The position numbers and the translations under genes are program-made. The notes beneath the pieces were generated by a model. The model did no database searches, was not told where the DNA came from, and saw only the letters and a program-made list of their open reading frames with translations. Shown here in pieces: positions 49,523-62,397 of a DNA stretch of 64,000 bases; the first letter of the stretch is position 1, and each line of letters begins with the position of its first letter. Source of the stretch: Penicillus capitatus (taxonomy: Eukaryota; Plantae; Chlorophyta); contig OZ287700.1 in the NCBI GenBank assembly GCA_965649825.1, forward strand, positions 1,492,871 to 1,556,870, written 5' to 3'.

Positions 49523-50451
49523 TTAAAGGCCTTTCTGCCAATTAACACTCCAATCGTAGGGCATGTATCTCACCTTCATCTCATGAGTAATCTGCTCCTC
49601 CTGCAAACAATAAGCACCTTGGCGCCACCGACATTCTCCACTGATGTGACAGACCTCGAGGTAATGGTTGATAAATGCAATGGTGCTGCCGTATGCTGAA
49701 GCCTTGAAATCGGCTTGATACCATTTAAAGATCTGGCTCAATTCCGCTGTCTTGCTGGACTCTAGGCAGTTCAGCGGATGTGAGACTATGCAAACAGCTC
49801 TTCTGGACTTACTGTCTATTTTGACCCCTCCTGCTTCGTTGATAAAACGCCGGGTCTGCATCTCCAACTGTTCTTCAAGGTGCTCTCCGTCGAACATAAA
49901 CGTCGGCAATGGGGGACAGCTGTAGCTTGAACAGTTGATAGCAAAATGAATCCTAGGATCTCCAAATTTGCGGATGACATCGTTCTCCAGGTTCTTCAAA
50001 TTTGTTCTCTTGCCGGCCACGGTGATCGATGTCAAAACAAAGAAGCGAGCACGTTCAACGAGACTCACGTTCCCTATCACCGGATCAACCGCACTTGTCT
50101 TCTAATCAGATGACGTGACGGTTTACCTTTCCACTTCTTGTCTGTTTTTTCTAATTTCTGATAGGCGAGATAGATGCTCCAGAGGTTGTAGGCATTGCAA
50201 TAGAAAGCGAGATCCTCGGGACGACTTTGCTTTATCGTTCCCGTCACCGTGTGTTGGCGAACGGCATCGAGGTTTTCTTGCAGAACCGTATCGTCTTGGA
50301 AGAGAAGATGATAGCGGACAAAGCCGGTGTCGGAAATCACGTTGCCAAGGGGTTGCATCTTCACTTTCGCTGTCTGGGACGTCACGCGTCGACGAAAAGA
50401 AAAACAGCAGCAGCGAGATGCACGCTGAACAGGCACCATACGTAGTGTCAC
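49523..50451 (-). CDS. DUF547-domain protein (5' end uncertain)
   Basis: LAFYCNAYN, LENDVIR..DPRIHFAINCSSYSCPPL, LSQIFKWYQADF, YMPYDWSVN. Confidence 0.9.
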
Positions 50452-50916
50452 CGTACGACAAAAGAACAGTAAGCGTTGCTGAATCTAAGAACTCGAGCAA
50501 TATGTACTGCCGTGCTGCCGAAAAGGGCGGCGACGGTTTGATCTGCGATTGTTATGGAATCGGGGGATGGTTCATCTGCTATCCCGCCCAAGAAAAGCAA
50601 CACGCGACAGAGACCGCGCTCTGTCTTTGCGTCGAATACAGAACCGTTTGATGGCTAATGCCCGACTGCAGACCGTCGGGGTCGAAAGAGCCACAGGATA
50701 ACATCATCACCCGCGACGCAGCGCAGGGCGAAATGAAGGTAGCTATGATTACGAACAGCAGCCGCATTGTGGCTGCTTTGGCAAAGGCGTTGCTCCAAGA
50801 TGGGGTCAAGTAAAAAATGATGGGCAATTCCGATGGCCAATCGATGGGCACGCGGACCGTAACCATCGAATGGGACATCAAGATGGAAAGACAGTCGCCG
50901 TCGGGGGAACTGTGAA

Positions 50917-53871
50917 TTACAACTGCTTGTGCATCTCTGCTGCGAGAAGTGCATCAGGATCGTAGCCGAGTTCAAAGAGTTTAGCAGAAAGGACTTGAAC
51001 TTTGGTATGTTCAATGCCCAAACAAACCAACATCTCGTTCTTTGTCTCGCTATCCACTGACGCCTCCAATTGTCCCTCGAGATCCGAAATCTGTAAAGAA
51101 TGGACTGAGGAGAAGACGATTATTCTTTTCTCGTGCCTGGAGACGGAGTTGTTGAATGAGGGATTCCTGTTGGGTGAGTCCTTCTTGGAGTGGGCCTTCC
51201 TGCGGCCGTTGCTGCTTAAAGGATGAAAGCTCTTCCGTCACTTGCTGAAGCCTTGTCTTCGTAGCATCCAACTCGATCTGCAGTTTCTGCACCGTCGTGT
51301 CTTCCTCTGCTCCTGCCTGTTTTTCCGAACCGGCTATTCCCTGCTGGACAACGGGCGCTGCTGGCTGAAGTGCCTCCCCGGCTGTACGGCTTTGGCTGGG
51401 TTGCAGGTAAGAGTGCAGAACGGCCGACATGTGGGCGAGCTTCCGATGCAGATCCACGTGTGCTGGGCCTTTGGTCTTGTCATGGGCTGCCTTCAAGAAA
51501 AGGATGAAATTGTCCACGCCCACGGATCCCATCACCACGTTCTTCAGATACTCACGCATCGCCTGAGAATCTAACAAAGAAACGCACTGCAGCACTTCTC
51601 ACCCAACGCTATGCTTGCTTCACTTGCATAACTGGGACACTCAATGACAGTCGTGAGACATGTGACAAATATGAGCGAAACGAAATGGATCCCCGAGAGT
51701 CTCCAGCTCGGTGTGTCGATGGTATCCTCTACCGTCTTCTGAAGATGTGTGACCAAGAGGGACACGCAGGATTCGATCTGCAGAAGTGCTTCCACGGCAG
51801 CAGGACATCCCTCCAGCGTATTCATGACGCACAGGCTCAAAGCATCGCAGATTCCAGGATTGGAACCAAAGCGGACACTCTCCGAGAGCAGATCCATCAG
51901 CCTAACCAAATCTGTCACTCAGCGTCGATCCCCGAACAGCCATTTGTACCAGAAAAGCACTCGACCCGATTTTTGTCCATGGGGCAGAGTCACCTGCTGG
52001 GTGACGCAAGCCGTTTGCAGGACGTGGTTGTCGCGAAGGATGCAGGATAGGATCTGAAAGGCAGACGACACCGTGCACTTGGCCGCCAATAGAACCGTTC
52101 ATCACTTGTGCGGCACGTCTGCCCGATTCTGATCCTTCGCGGCATGTGTCCAGTGCATTCAGCAGCTCAGTCAGAAAAGCATGATCCGTGGGTTGGCGTC
52201 CCTCGAAGGAGATCTGAGAAGAGAAGGTACGCTCCTGCGCCTCTCGGTTGGAATCGTAGAAGCTTTGGAGCACGCCGTACGCTGCTAGAGACTCTTGCCG
52301 CTCATGAGCAACGAGGGCCATCCTTAGCAGCGCCTATCCAACACAGCTGCTCGCGAAGACGCACGCAGACGGAATGGAATCTCTCGCTGACCAAGAGTGC
52401 TTCGACGGGTTGACCGTCGAGGAAAACTCTGAGCTTGACAAGGAGCTTCTTGGCATCGGGGACGAATCGAACAACACGGCTCATGCATCGCAAGGACATG
52501 ACGCGCACTTCCACATCTCTCACGCCTACGACATCCCACAGCCACTGAAGCAGAGAGACACACTTCGACTCGCCTCCTTGGTTGAGGCACAGTTGCGAGA
52601 GAACAGGAAGACAGTCGGATTGATTCATCCATTGGCAGTTTGCTATGTGAGCCTCCTGCATGTCGGTCTCATTCTCATGAACCTGAGGCGGAATGAGGGG
52701 ACGCCGGTAGAGAACAGGCAGAAACCAGTATCTCGGCGAGCTTCAGTGCCATTCTGAGATGATCGATGCGTTGCTGGGTCACGTTCTGGTTCGCGCTCTT
52801 CAGCGATTCGACGCCCGAAGAGCTGACATTCACAAGTTCCAGGAATCTCAACAGGGGCTCCACCATGCCTTCTTCCCTGTGGGAAGTCGTCTCGTGGGAG
52901 GCTTGTCGACAGACGAACCTGAAAATCTGGTGCGTCGTTTCGTTGTCTCGGAGAACTTGCGCCATCAGCTCCAGACAATCCCGAACAACGATGCTGCCCT
53001 CTGGGCCGCCTTCTCCCTTCACGATGTCAAAGAGCTTCGCAAAGATTCCGCCTCTGGCGGCAGATCCTTGCAGAGAAGGATGATTGGCGGTCAGTTGAAT
53101 CAGAATCAGCAGAACTTCGTTTCTTATCGCCTCGCGTTCAGATAGCAAACTTAGTAGACCCTTCAATCCGTCCTCTCGTCTGTGCACCACTTCCTGGACC
53201 GTGTCTGTCCCAAGAAGCATCCCGCGAATTGGCGGGCTTCACTTGGAGCTTATAGAGGCCGGTTTTCAAGCAGCAGTTCAGGATCTGGACGGCGTGGTAG
53301 TAGACATAGAAATCGTGCACGCCGGTTGGTTCCGGATCCAACAGGGAAAGCACAATGGTCAGATGGTCGAGCGACTGAACGAACAATTCGCAGTTTGCAG
53401 AAGGCGTCGCAGTTGTCTGTCTTCACACACAGACTCCTTGTTGTGCCTGCCGTGCAGTGAGTGACAGTGATTGCCTTCGTGTCTTCTTCCGCAAGTGCGA
53501 TCGCCAGCAGCTCAAGTGTCATCTGAATGAGCTCGAGGTCTTCTCTTTCGGCCAAAATCTCGACCACTAGAGAGATGCCGCCCAAAGATCCGAAATCTGC
53601 CTTGACCTGATGGACAGGATTCGATCGAGAACGAGCAGGAATGGACACAATGAGACTTCTGAATGGCTCTGCAGAAGTTCTTTGATGTCGTTCAGCGCCA
53701 TCCGCTTCTCCTCGAGAGAAGACGTCTCTTTCACCCGGTGCATCAGCTGCTCGAGAACGGAGGCATTCTCTCCAGCTCCCAAAGTTGCAGCACCTGGCAG
53801 AACAGATGCTGCTGTTCTCTATCGACGCCTGCAGACGCCGGACCTTTTGCTAACTTGTTGAAGACCTGCAT
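50917..53871 (-). CDS. USO1: USO1/p115 (golgin candidate 6) vesicle-tethering protein
   Basis: LEQLMHRVKETSSLEEKRMAL, DFYVYYHAVQIL, REAIRNEVLLILIQLT, FAKLFDIVKGEGG..GSIVVRDCLELM..LRDN. Last exon reads ISDLEGQL..NEMLVCLGIEHTKVQVLSAKLFELG. Confidence 0.92.
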
Positions 53872-54261
53872 GGAGAACCGTCCAGAGCAATCGTCAGATA
53901 CGGCAGTCTGCGTCGCATCCGTTGCACACGATACGGACACCGTAGACACGAATAGACATCTTTCGCGGAGACGCGATCGGAACGAAGGCCGCTGAAGACT
54001 CCAGAAAGCAGAGCCGATGGCGATGTCAAACCAACTCAGTTCATGGCGTTTACACTCCTTCGTGGATCTCGAAGTCGTGCAAAGCAAACAGTCGGCGAGA
54101 AATGCGCCGCTCCGAGTTCGACTGAATTCGCAGATGCTCAACACGTTCAACGTACGAGTCCAGATCCAGGCTGAAGGACGAGGATTCTGAAACACTTGCA
54201 AAAGAGAGACGATCAAGAAGAGAGAGAGATTGAAACGCCGCGAGTGACGCGTCATTCGAGC

Positions 54262-55620
54262 TCAAATTTTGTGCAGCTTGGTCACGATGCCAATTCGCAC
54301 ACGCTGATCGAGGGCACCGCAAACGAAGAGTCCTTCTCGGTCAGGACTCCAGTCGAAGCAGCTGATCGGTTGAGAGGAGAGGTTGCAGTGACTCAGGTTC
54401 TCTGCGGTACCGACCACACCCTTGAGCTTTCCGTCTTCCGCCTCGAGTCAAAGCCGCACTTGATGGATCAATGAGACGTCCCGTCGAGATCTCTTACCTT
54501 TCGCGTCCGTTTCGGCGGGTACCGGTATTTGTACAGAGCCACGGTGCCGTCTCCGTGTGTGACCATCCAGATCTCGCGGTTTTGGGGTAGATGTTGAGCG
54601 GACCAGCACGTGCTCTTGAAATCCGTAGTCACTGTTAACCGGGCCAATCCCTGAAAGAGAAGTGGCCAAAACGACGAGGGATGCATCGGCGACCTCCTGC
54701 GGGTGCTGTGTTCTGGCATCGAAGACATGCAACTGAGATTCGAGACAAGCAACGGCGAATTTGTTCATCCGAATGTCCGGTCGATCGAACTGCACGCCGC
54801 AAACGGCGTTTGGCACGTGCGTCTCCCAGCGCACCTGTGAAAACACAAGCTCTTTGTCCTGTGGACGTCCGAGGCATGCCTGATTCATTCTCAGGTCGAA
54901 TAGTTTAACGTCTCCGTTGTCGTAGCCTGCTAGCAGACAACGTTCTTCGTCGTTGAAAGAGTTTCCAAATGCCACTGTCCAGCACTCCCTCCAAGACAGT
55001 GTTCGAGAGAAGGTGTTTGTGCGCGCTGGAAGTGCCTTTTGGCGGATCCGGCGATCGGCTCGAAGGAGGCGACTGGGGAATGCAATTGACGCACGTCGAA
55101 GACATGCACACAGCCATCGCGACCGCACGTTGCGACTTCGGGAGGTCCGTGTCCGTCGCATTTGCCGCCACACCCGTCTATGGCGTTGATGGAGCTGGAA
55201 TGCGCGCGCACGTTCGAGACGGCGTCCTTGGCGGCGTCGAGATCCCACAAGCTGAGTGTGCCATCGAAGCCGCCCGTGGCCATCCACCGGTTCGCGAGCG
55301 AAGAGGCCCCAAACGTGCCGCACCTTAGAGCGATCGGTTTCTGGTATTCTGCAAGTCGCTTCACGTCGGCGCCGTCAAGTTCGAAGACCTAGACTTCCAG
55401 TTTTGACAAGGGCGTTTGCGGTTAGTGACCTGGATGGATCCTGTTCCTTTCGGATATGAGCCCAGAACGACGAAACGCGCGCTGCAAGGGATCCATCTGC
55501 AGAGTGCCGATGCATTTGCTGTCGCGGTCAGTCTTCAGATTACTTGCAGTCGTAGATGGTGATGTTCAGCGATTTCGAAAGGTGTTCGAGTATCTGCGGT
55601 CTGTTGACGCTGTCGACCAT
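54262..55620 (-). CDS. WDR92: WD-repeat protein 92 (dynein axonemal assembly factor 10)
   Basis: RPQILEHLSKSLNITIYDCK|WIPCSARFVVLG..GTGSIQ|VFEL, CGTFGASSL, INAIDGCGG..GPPEVATCGRDG, AGYDNGDVKLFDLR, QPISCFDWSPDREGLFVCGALDQRVRIGIVTKL. Confidence 0.95.
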
Positions 55621-56150
55621 ACTCGATCCGCAAGACGACGACCGGACAGTGCCGAAAGGCGAAAAGAGTCCTACGAGGCTGGAAGACAGGTCAACGGGTC
55701 GTCTAGCGAGGGCGACGTTTCGTCAACGCCGGCTCTTTCTTCTTCCTCGCCTTTTGGAACGAAGCACGCTCAGCAAAGCCCTTTGACCGTGATCGCGGCC
55801 TTTTGCTTCGGCGTGACATTTGCCTATCCTATTGATTGTACGCGAACTGACGCCGGCCTTGTGACGACATGCGAGGTACAAGTCGTAACACGCATTCATA
55901 CTGCTCGGAATTCTCAAGAGGATTCTTTCTCCAGCGATGACGACCACGTCCTCGAAGACGGAGGTTTTGTGCCGGCTATTTTTCGCGATCCATGTGTCTG
56001 CTCTTCTTGACAAGAGGCATGCGACTGTCGTTTGTTGTGGCCGACAACCGACGTTTAATTGATCGCGATTGTCAATTGTGCAATCAGAGCGTTTAGCTGT
56101 GCATGCGCGTCAATCGCCGTACCGCGATCGCTGCCACCACGCGAAGCGCA

Positions 56151-59100
56151 ATGATGGAGCGCTATTGTTTGTTGCCACTGCACGACGATATTCTGCTGCC
56201 CTTTGCCGTGCTCACGGTCCAGCTGGACCTCGATCAGAGGCACAGGTGGTGCACATCCTTCCGCCTTCCAACCATCATCATGTCTTCTCTCGCGGATCCT
56301 CAGCAAGGCACTGCTCTCTCACTTGAGTCAAGAGAATCAGGAAGACGTATTTGTCGCCGTGTTTCCAGTCAAGACCGACAATACGGACACGGTTACCTGC
56401 CCTTTGCCTGTCTTTAAATTCACCCTTTCCATCCTTTGCAGAGATCTCTGCCATACCTGGGGAGCATCGGCGTGCTGGGACAAGTCCTGCAGATTTCAAG
56501 ATTGCCTGGAGTTCGTGAAAGAGAACGCTCGTTCTGTTGAAATGACGTTCTGGTCGCAGATGCGGAAAGCCACGTTGCTGTTGGAAGGCAAATCGCGGGT
56601 CGCTCTGCAACAAGTCTATGAAGAGGACCGTATCCTGAAAGCTGAAATACGAACAATCTCTCACGAGAACAAAGCTCCGAAGGACAGCTTAAAACAAGAA
56701 CTCATCTTAAAGTGTGTCATTCTGAGCACGCACGGCCCATTGCTCGAGACGGCTTCAATGACAAAGGACGCGGAAGTTGATGGAGCTGATGTCCATGAGA
56801 GGGAGAGAGGGGGTGGCCAACAAGATGCTGGAGACGATAGAACAGATGACGGCTAATGATGCAGCCGATGCGATAGGCTCTGTATTGGCCACAAGTTTCC
56901 AGGCATGCCCTTTCAAACAGCACTCCAGATTCTCGATGCCCGTGTTCTCGGCAGGAGAAGGAATCTCTGCTGAACGAGATGGACGTCTCGAATCGCGTGG
57001 AGATGGTCTTGAAGATGGTGGAGAAGTCCATCGAACTGGTGGAGAAGGCACTATCCGTCCGGAAACAACCAAGAAAGGCACCATCCGATGTACTGTCCAA
57101 TGGAAATAGCAATGTGTGCATCTAGCCTGTGTCTTCTCTCGAGCTCCAGTCCGCTGATGACATCTCCGAACTGCTGGAGAGGATTGTGAAGAAGAATCCT
57201 CCAAAGGAGGTCTGTCGATTGTGGAATACCGCGTGAACTACAGCCGCATTATTGAGGATATGGATTTAGGTTTTGGACGTTGCCCAGAAGGAGGCGAAGA
57301 AACTCCAGAGGACAAGCGAAGTGCATCCAGCGTACGGTATGTCTCGGACGTATCTGGAGACGTTGGCGTCCGTTCCTTTCAACCAGTGGACACCAGAGGC
57401 CCAAGAGAACGTGGAACGGGCACGAACAGAGCTCGATGCTGGACACTCTGGACTGCAGAACGCCAAACGAAGAATCTTGGAATATGTTGCCGTGCAGAAA
57501 ATCAGTCGAGGAACTGTCCGAGGTCCCATCCTCTGCTTCGTTGGCCCTCCAGGAGTCGGTGACATATCCACCATCCAACATGTCTGTCACCTGAACCCCT
57601 CTCCTTTCAGGCAAGACCTCGTTGGCACAAGGAATGGCGAAGGCCCTCGGGCGGAAGTACGTTCGAGTGAGTCTGGGCGGCGTCCGCGACGAAGCGGAGA
57701 TCCGTGGACATCGGCGCACCTACATTGGAGCCATGCCGGGGCGCATTATATCGGTTCACGACTCCTGTGTGCACAGCCGAAGCTCAACGGTGGCTATTCT
57801 AGGGCCTGTGCCAGATTGGAGTTGCCGATTGTGTGATGCTACTGGATGAGTTGGACAAGATGGGACACGATCTTCGTGGCAATCCCGCCGCCGCATTGCT
57901 CGAAGTGCTGGATCCAGAGCAGAACCATGCCTTCATCGACACCTATTTGGGTACGCACTTGCGCAGATGTATGTTTGCGGAGACTGTCCGATCAATCAGG
58001 TGTCCCTGTGGACCTGTCTCGTGTGGTTTTTCTGGCGACGGCTAACAAGCTGAACGAACTCCCTGCCGCTCTCTTGGATCGTTTAGAGGTCATACGGTTG
58101 AGTGGCTACACCCTTCACGAAAAAATCGACATCGCAGAGAAGCATCTCATTCCAAAAGTTCCATCGACGAACAAGAAACGCGCATTCGACTGCTCTGCGT
58201 AGGTCACCCGGGAAAACGGACTGAAGCCACTCGTGGAGGCAGGGAAGCTAGAGTTTCCAGCGAGCGGATTGGCATACATCATCAAGAACCACACCATGTC
58301 TGCTGACCGAGCACTGCCGCCGATGAGTTGCTAACTTGGGCAGTGTAGGGAAGTCGGCGTCCGAGGACTGGAACGGTGTCTCTCTTCCATCTGTCGATAC
58401 TGTGCGACCGCCGTCGTTCAGAAGATGGAAAGGGCGCTCCCATCGAGCAGTTCTGTCTCAACGCTTCCGCCGTCGTCAAGATCAACGAGTGGAGTGAGTG
58501 ACTCGGACGTTTCCGCAATTCAACTTCGTTGCTGTGTTACATACAGATTTCAGCGTTCGGAAAGGAGACGAACATCCAGTGGAACTTTTCTCCCGTTATG
58601 CATTTCAGCTCGATGTTTGCCACTGAAGCTACGAGAGGGGCAAACCACGATTCTACAGCTGATCGTGAACCAAAAGAGAGAAAAAATGAGATCTCAATGA
58701 CAAATGCTGTGATATGCGCCGTCGACAGAATCATTGTTAACGAACGGCTCATCGATACAGTCCTTGGACATCCAAAGCATCAGATTCACTCCCCGGAAGA
58801 CCACCTCCAGGGAGCAGGTTTGTGGTGTTCATTATTCGCATTTGATGGACAAGTGAGCAACCAGGTGTCGCCGCCGGACTGGTCTGGACTCCGGTCGGCG
58901 GTTCCGTTCAGTACATCGAATGCTGCACGACGCGAAAACACGATACCGAACACCAAGGGAGGTTGACACTTACTGGACAACTAGGAGAAGTGCTTGAGGA
59001 ATCTGCCCAGATCGCGATGTCATGGATAAAGTCCCATGCCACCGAACTGAAGTTCCCAGAGGTAAACGCGTTTCAGAACTGCGACGTCCACATCCACCTT

Positions 59101-59504
59101 CCATCAGGCGGCGTTCAGAAAGACGGACCATCGGCAGGTTCCTTCACGTTTTAGACGAGATGCTTCGTCGATGACCATCTCTTCTGTTAGGTATTACCTT
59201 GGCCGTGGCATTGATTTCTTTGTTCTCGGATCGATGCGTCCGGTCGGACACTGCAATGACTGGTGAGTTGAGTCTGAGAGGCCTGGTCTTGCCTATCGGT
59301 GGTCTCAAGGAGAAGCTTATTGCAGCGCAGCAGGCGGGACTCAAGAGAGTCATCATACCCGAAGGAAACAACGCGGAGCTCGAGCATGATATCCCGGAAG
59401 AAGTCAAGAAAGCCGTCGACATCCGCAGAGCCAACACACTCGAGGAGGTCCTCCTCCTTGTCTTCGATCCGCCCTACACCATTCAGAAACGCTCGAAGCT
59501 CTGA
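56151..59504 (+). CDS. LON2: peroxisomal Lon protease
   Basis: Walker A GPPGVG|[27 protein letters not shown], Walker B MLLDELDK, catalytic KDGPSAG and [20 protein letters not shown]-terminal PTS1 -SKL*. Confidence 0.97.
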
Positions 59505-60131
59505 ACGAGATCCGTGTGAGAGACGTGCTCGCTCACCTGTGTGGTATGTGAATGGGCCAGCGATCAACAGAATCGACTGCGTCCATCTTGAACGATACAA
59601 ATTCGAAAAGCAAAGATTAATGAATGTGTGGCTGCCGACGTCAAGAATGTAAGAAATGAGATGTCTGCGTCGAAAACAATGTCTAGTTTGTTCCACGATA
59701 TTACATGGCCGTCGCTGTCAGGGTGATCGATTGCCATTACATAGCAACAGTGATCGATTTGAAAACGGGGTCGAATCAAGAGCAGGCAAGGTTCAGTATT
59801 TCCTGCAGTTACCGTAACAAGACTAAGAACAAAACCACCAAGGCTGCAAGACTAATATAGAGAAACACACTGCGCCCAGCCCGAGAGCTGATGCTCGAGA
59901 AAAGAGAAGAGTGGTGGTCCCAAACAACACATCGTGAGAATCGATGGATCAGACTGCGTACAAGAACAACTTCTCATTTTATTGCTTGGCGTGTATTGTT
60001 GACTGTCGAATAAATAAAACAAGAGTGACCGAAGCGCATGCCGACAGTAAGCTATTCATATTGGACGGTAACTGGACTAGGAGTTTATCAGATGTGCATG
60101 CATATCTGCCAGGCATCGCGGTTCTATTGTT

Positions 60132-62043
60132 CTACTCGGTCCTTGTCTTCGCTTTCAAAAAAAGAAGTCTGATCTGTCGTCGCGATGCCGCCGAAGAACA
60201 ATTCTCTTCAACGCAAGCCACGTAGTTCTCTGAGAAATTGCGACAGGCACAGATTTGGTCACGCGGTGCCAATCTTCGTTTATTGACTAGATGAGGATCA
60301 CTTCCTCGTTTCAGCAACAGTTTGATCGCTTTGACATTTCCATAAATTGCTGCGTATGCCAACGGAGTATCCCCTTCTTCGTCTCTGGGATCTATATCCA
60401 GCACACGGTCCGTCAACAGTTTGATGATATCCACGTCGATCGAACGAAGCATGCCAAGATGGAGGGCCGTCTGCCGATTGCGTCTCTTGGCATCGATATC
60501 TGCCCCCTTCTTAATCAGCAGCCTGACGGCCGCCGTGTTGTTGTTATACACTGCCAGAAAGAGAGGCGTCGTGCGGAGATCTCCCGACCGAGCCTCGAGA
60601 TCGGCGCCGAATTCGATGAGCGTGTCGATCGTTTCGGTGTGCCCTTCGACGGCAGCGAGGTGCAAGGCCGTTGCTCCCTTTTCGGTCCTGGCGTGAATCT
60701 GAGCGCCGTTGTCCAGCAACAGAGCAATCATTCGATGCCAGTTGGCCGATGCTGCCAAGTGCAATGCCGTGCGGCCGGTGTTCTCTTTGGCCTCCAGGTC
60801 GATCTCTCGTTTGACAAGGAGCTTCGCAATGCTGATGTATCCATTCGCAGCAGCGACATGCAAAGCACCCCATCCGTTCTTCGAACGCGCTTCAATACTG
60901 GCGCCGCTCTCCAGGAGATGCACCACGACGTTCGTAGCACCCTGCTGAATCGCCGCGAGCAGAGGTGTCATTCCACGAGCCGTCTTCGCTTCGAGATCCG
61001 CGCCGGCTTCCGTGAGGGCAACCACGATCGACCCGTGCCCTTCGTACGATGCAATGTAGAGTGGCGTCGCCCCAGTGCGACGTTCACTCTTTTCGATGTC
61101 CGCTTTTGCGTCGATCAGGCTGTGAACGACGGAGAGGTGTCCCAGTTGCGAAGCAATGAATAGAGGGGTGGATCCGTCTCCTCTCGCCTTGTTGACATTC
61201 GCTCCAGCTTTGGCCAACAGGCGGACGATTTCCGGAAACCCTTCTTGGCTCGCCAAGTACAGGGGCGTCGCTCCGTTCTCCTCCTTCGAATCGACGACGA
61301 CGCTCTCGAGCGTCAGGAGAAACTCCACAACATTCCTGTGTCCTCGAAAGGCGGCGTGATGAAGCGCCGTGAATCCTGTTTCTGACGCTAAGTTTGGATC
61401 TGCTCCCGCCCCTACCAAAGCGCCGACGACTGCCAGATGGCCGTACTGCGATGCCAGCATCAGAGGTGTGCGCTTTTCGTCGTTCCTGGCGTTTATTCTT
61501 GCCTTCTGCTCTGCCAGGTACTCGGCAATGTAAGCATGTCCTCGGCCGGCAGCAAAATGCAGTGCTCGCCACCCCCGATCATCCCTGGCTTCCATATCTG
61601 CACCGGCCTCGATCAGCAGTCGAACGATGGCTAAGTTCCCTCCCAGAGCCGCAACCATCAACGGTCGCACTCCATTATCTTCTTCCATTTCGATGTCTGT
61701 GTCCTCATTTCTGAGCGCAGACTCTACAGCTTTGACATCTCCTGAGAGCGTCGCTTCGACCAAGGTCTGCATGGCACACAGGGATGGTTCCTTCTCTCGA
61801 CGACACGTGTGATGGATGTCTCTCTACCTTTGCTTCTACACGTAATAGTCGCCGATTGCTCGAGGACGAGGAGAACACGACCAGAAGAGCATCACGTCCG
61901 TTTTCCATCCTGGAAACGGGAAGGGAGTCTGTCCTCCCGTGGTGAGCAAACCCGTGTTCGGTATCCTCTGGTGCCTCGCGTACACACATCGCCGAGGCAA
62001 CGGCGAAGAGCACCAAAAAGGGCAAAGACTTCGCGAATGACAT
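60132..62043 (-). CDS. ankyrin-repeat protein (over 10 repeats) with N-terminal signal peptide and Cys-rich C-terminus
   Basis: Exon 1 MSFAKSLPFLVLFAVASA..NRRLLRVEAK joins in phase 0 via GT..AG intron 61767-61827 to TLVEATLSGD.. and the ankyrin array of ORF 60132-61772. Confidence 0.85.
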
Positions 62044-62397
62044 TTGATGCTGATGAGATTCAGCCTCCACTTGTTAAACGGTGACGGAGCGCGTCAAAAT
62101 TCTTGAAGCGACAACACGGTTGAAAGAAATATGATAGTTAACAGAACAGAGATTTTCAGGGTTATACGGGATTGGATGGATAGATGGACCTCATGCCATG
62201 GCGTGTTATCGGCGTCTAGTGTAACCGTCTTGATCCCCCACGCAACCAATGGCTACAGGGGTCAGGCTTGTATCGCAGCTCGAGATCGTCTATTTTCAAA
62301 GCGAGATGGAACGATGCACCGATCACGATGGTTGGCGAGGGGTCATAGTACTGAAAGCGTCGAAGAAATCGTTGGACAGGGAACCATCGGGAAACCG

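Noticed and set aside
50579-50881. Signal-peptide-like ORF (MRLLFVIIATFISPCAAS) starting just after the USO1 stop as the DUF547 first exon
   Set aside because: It could not be joined to the DUF547 exons with consistent splice phases, so it is left unresolved.
60291-61163. 290-aa plus-strand ORF and similar long antisense ORFs (3667-4509, 10344-11216, 41705-42379, 43571-44407, 54196-54474)
   Set aside because: They overlap better-supported genes on the opposite strand and show no motifs.
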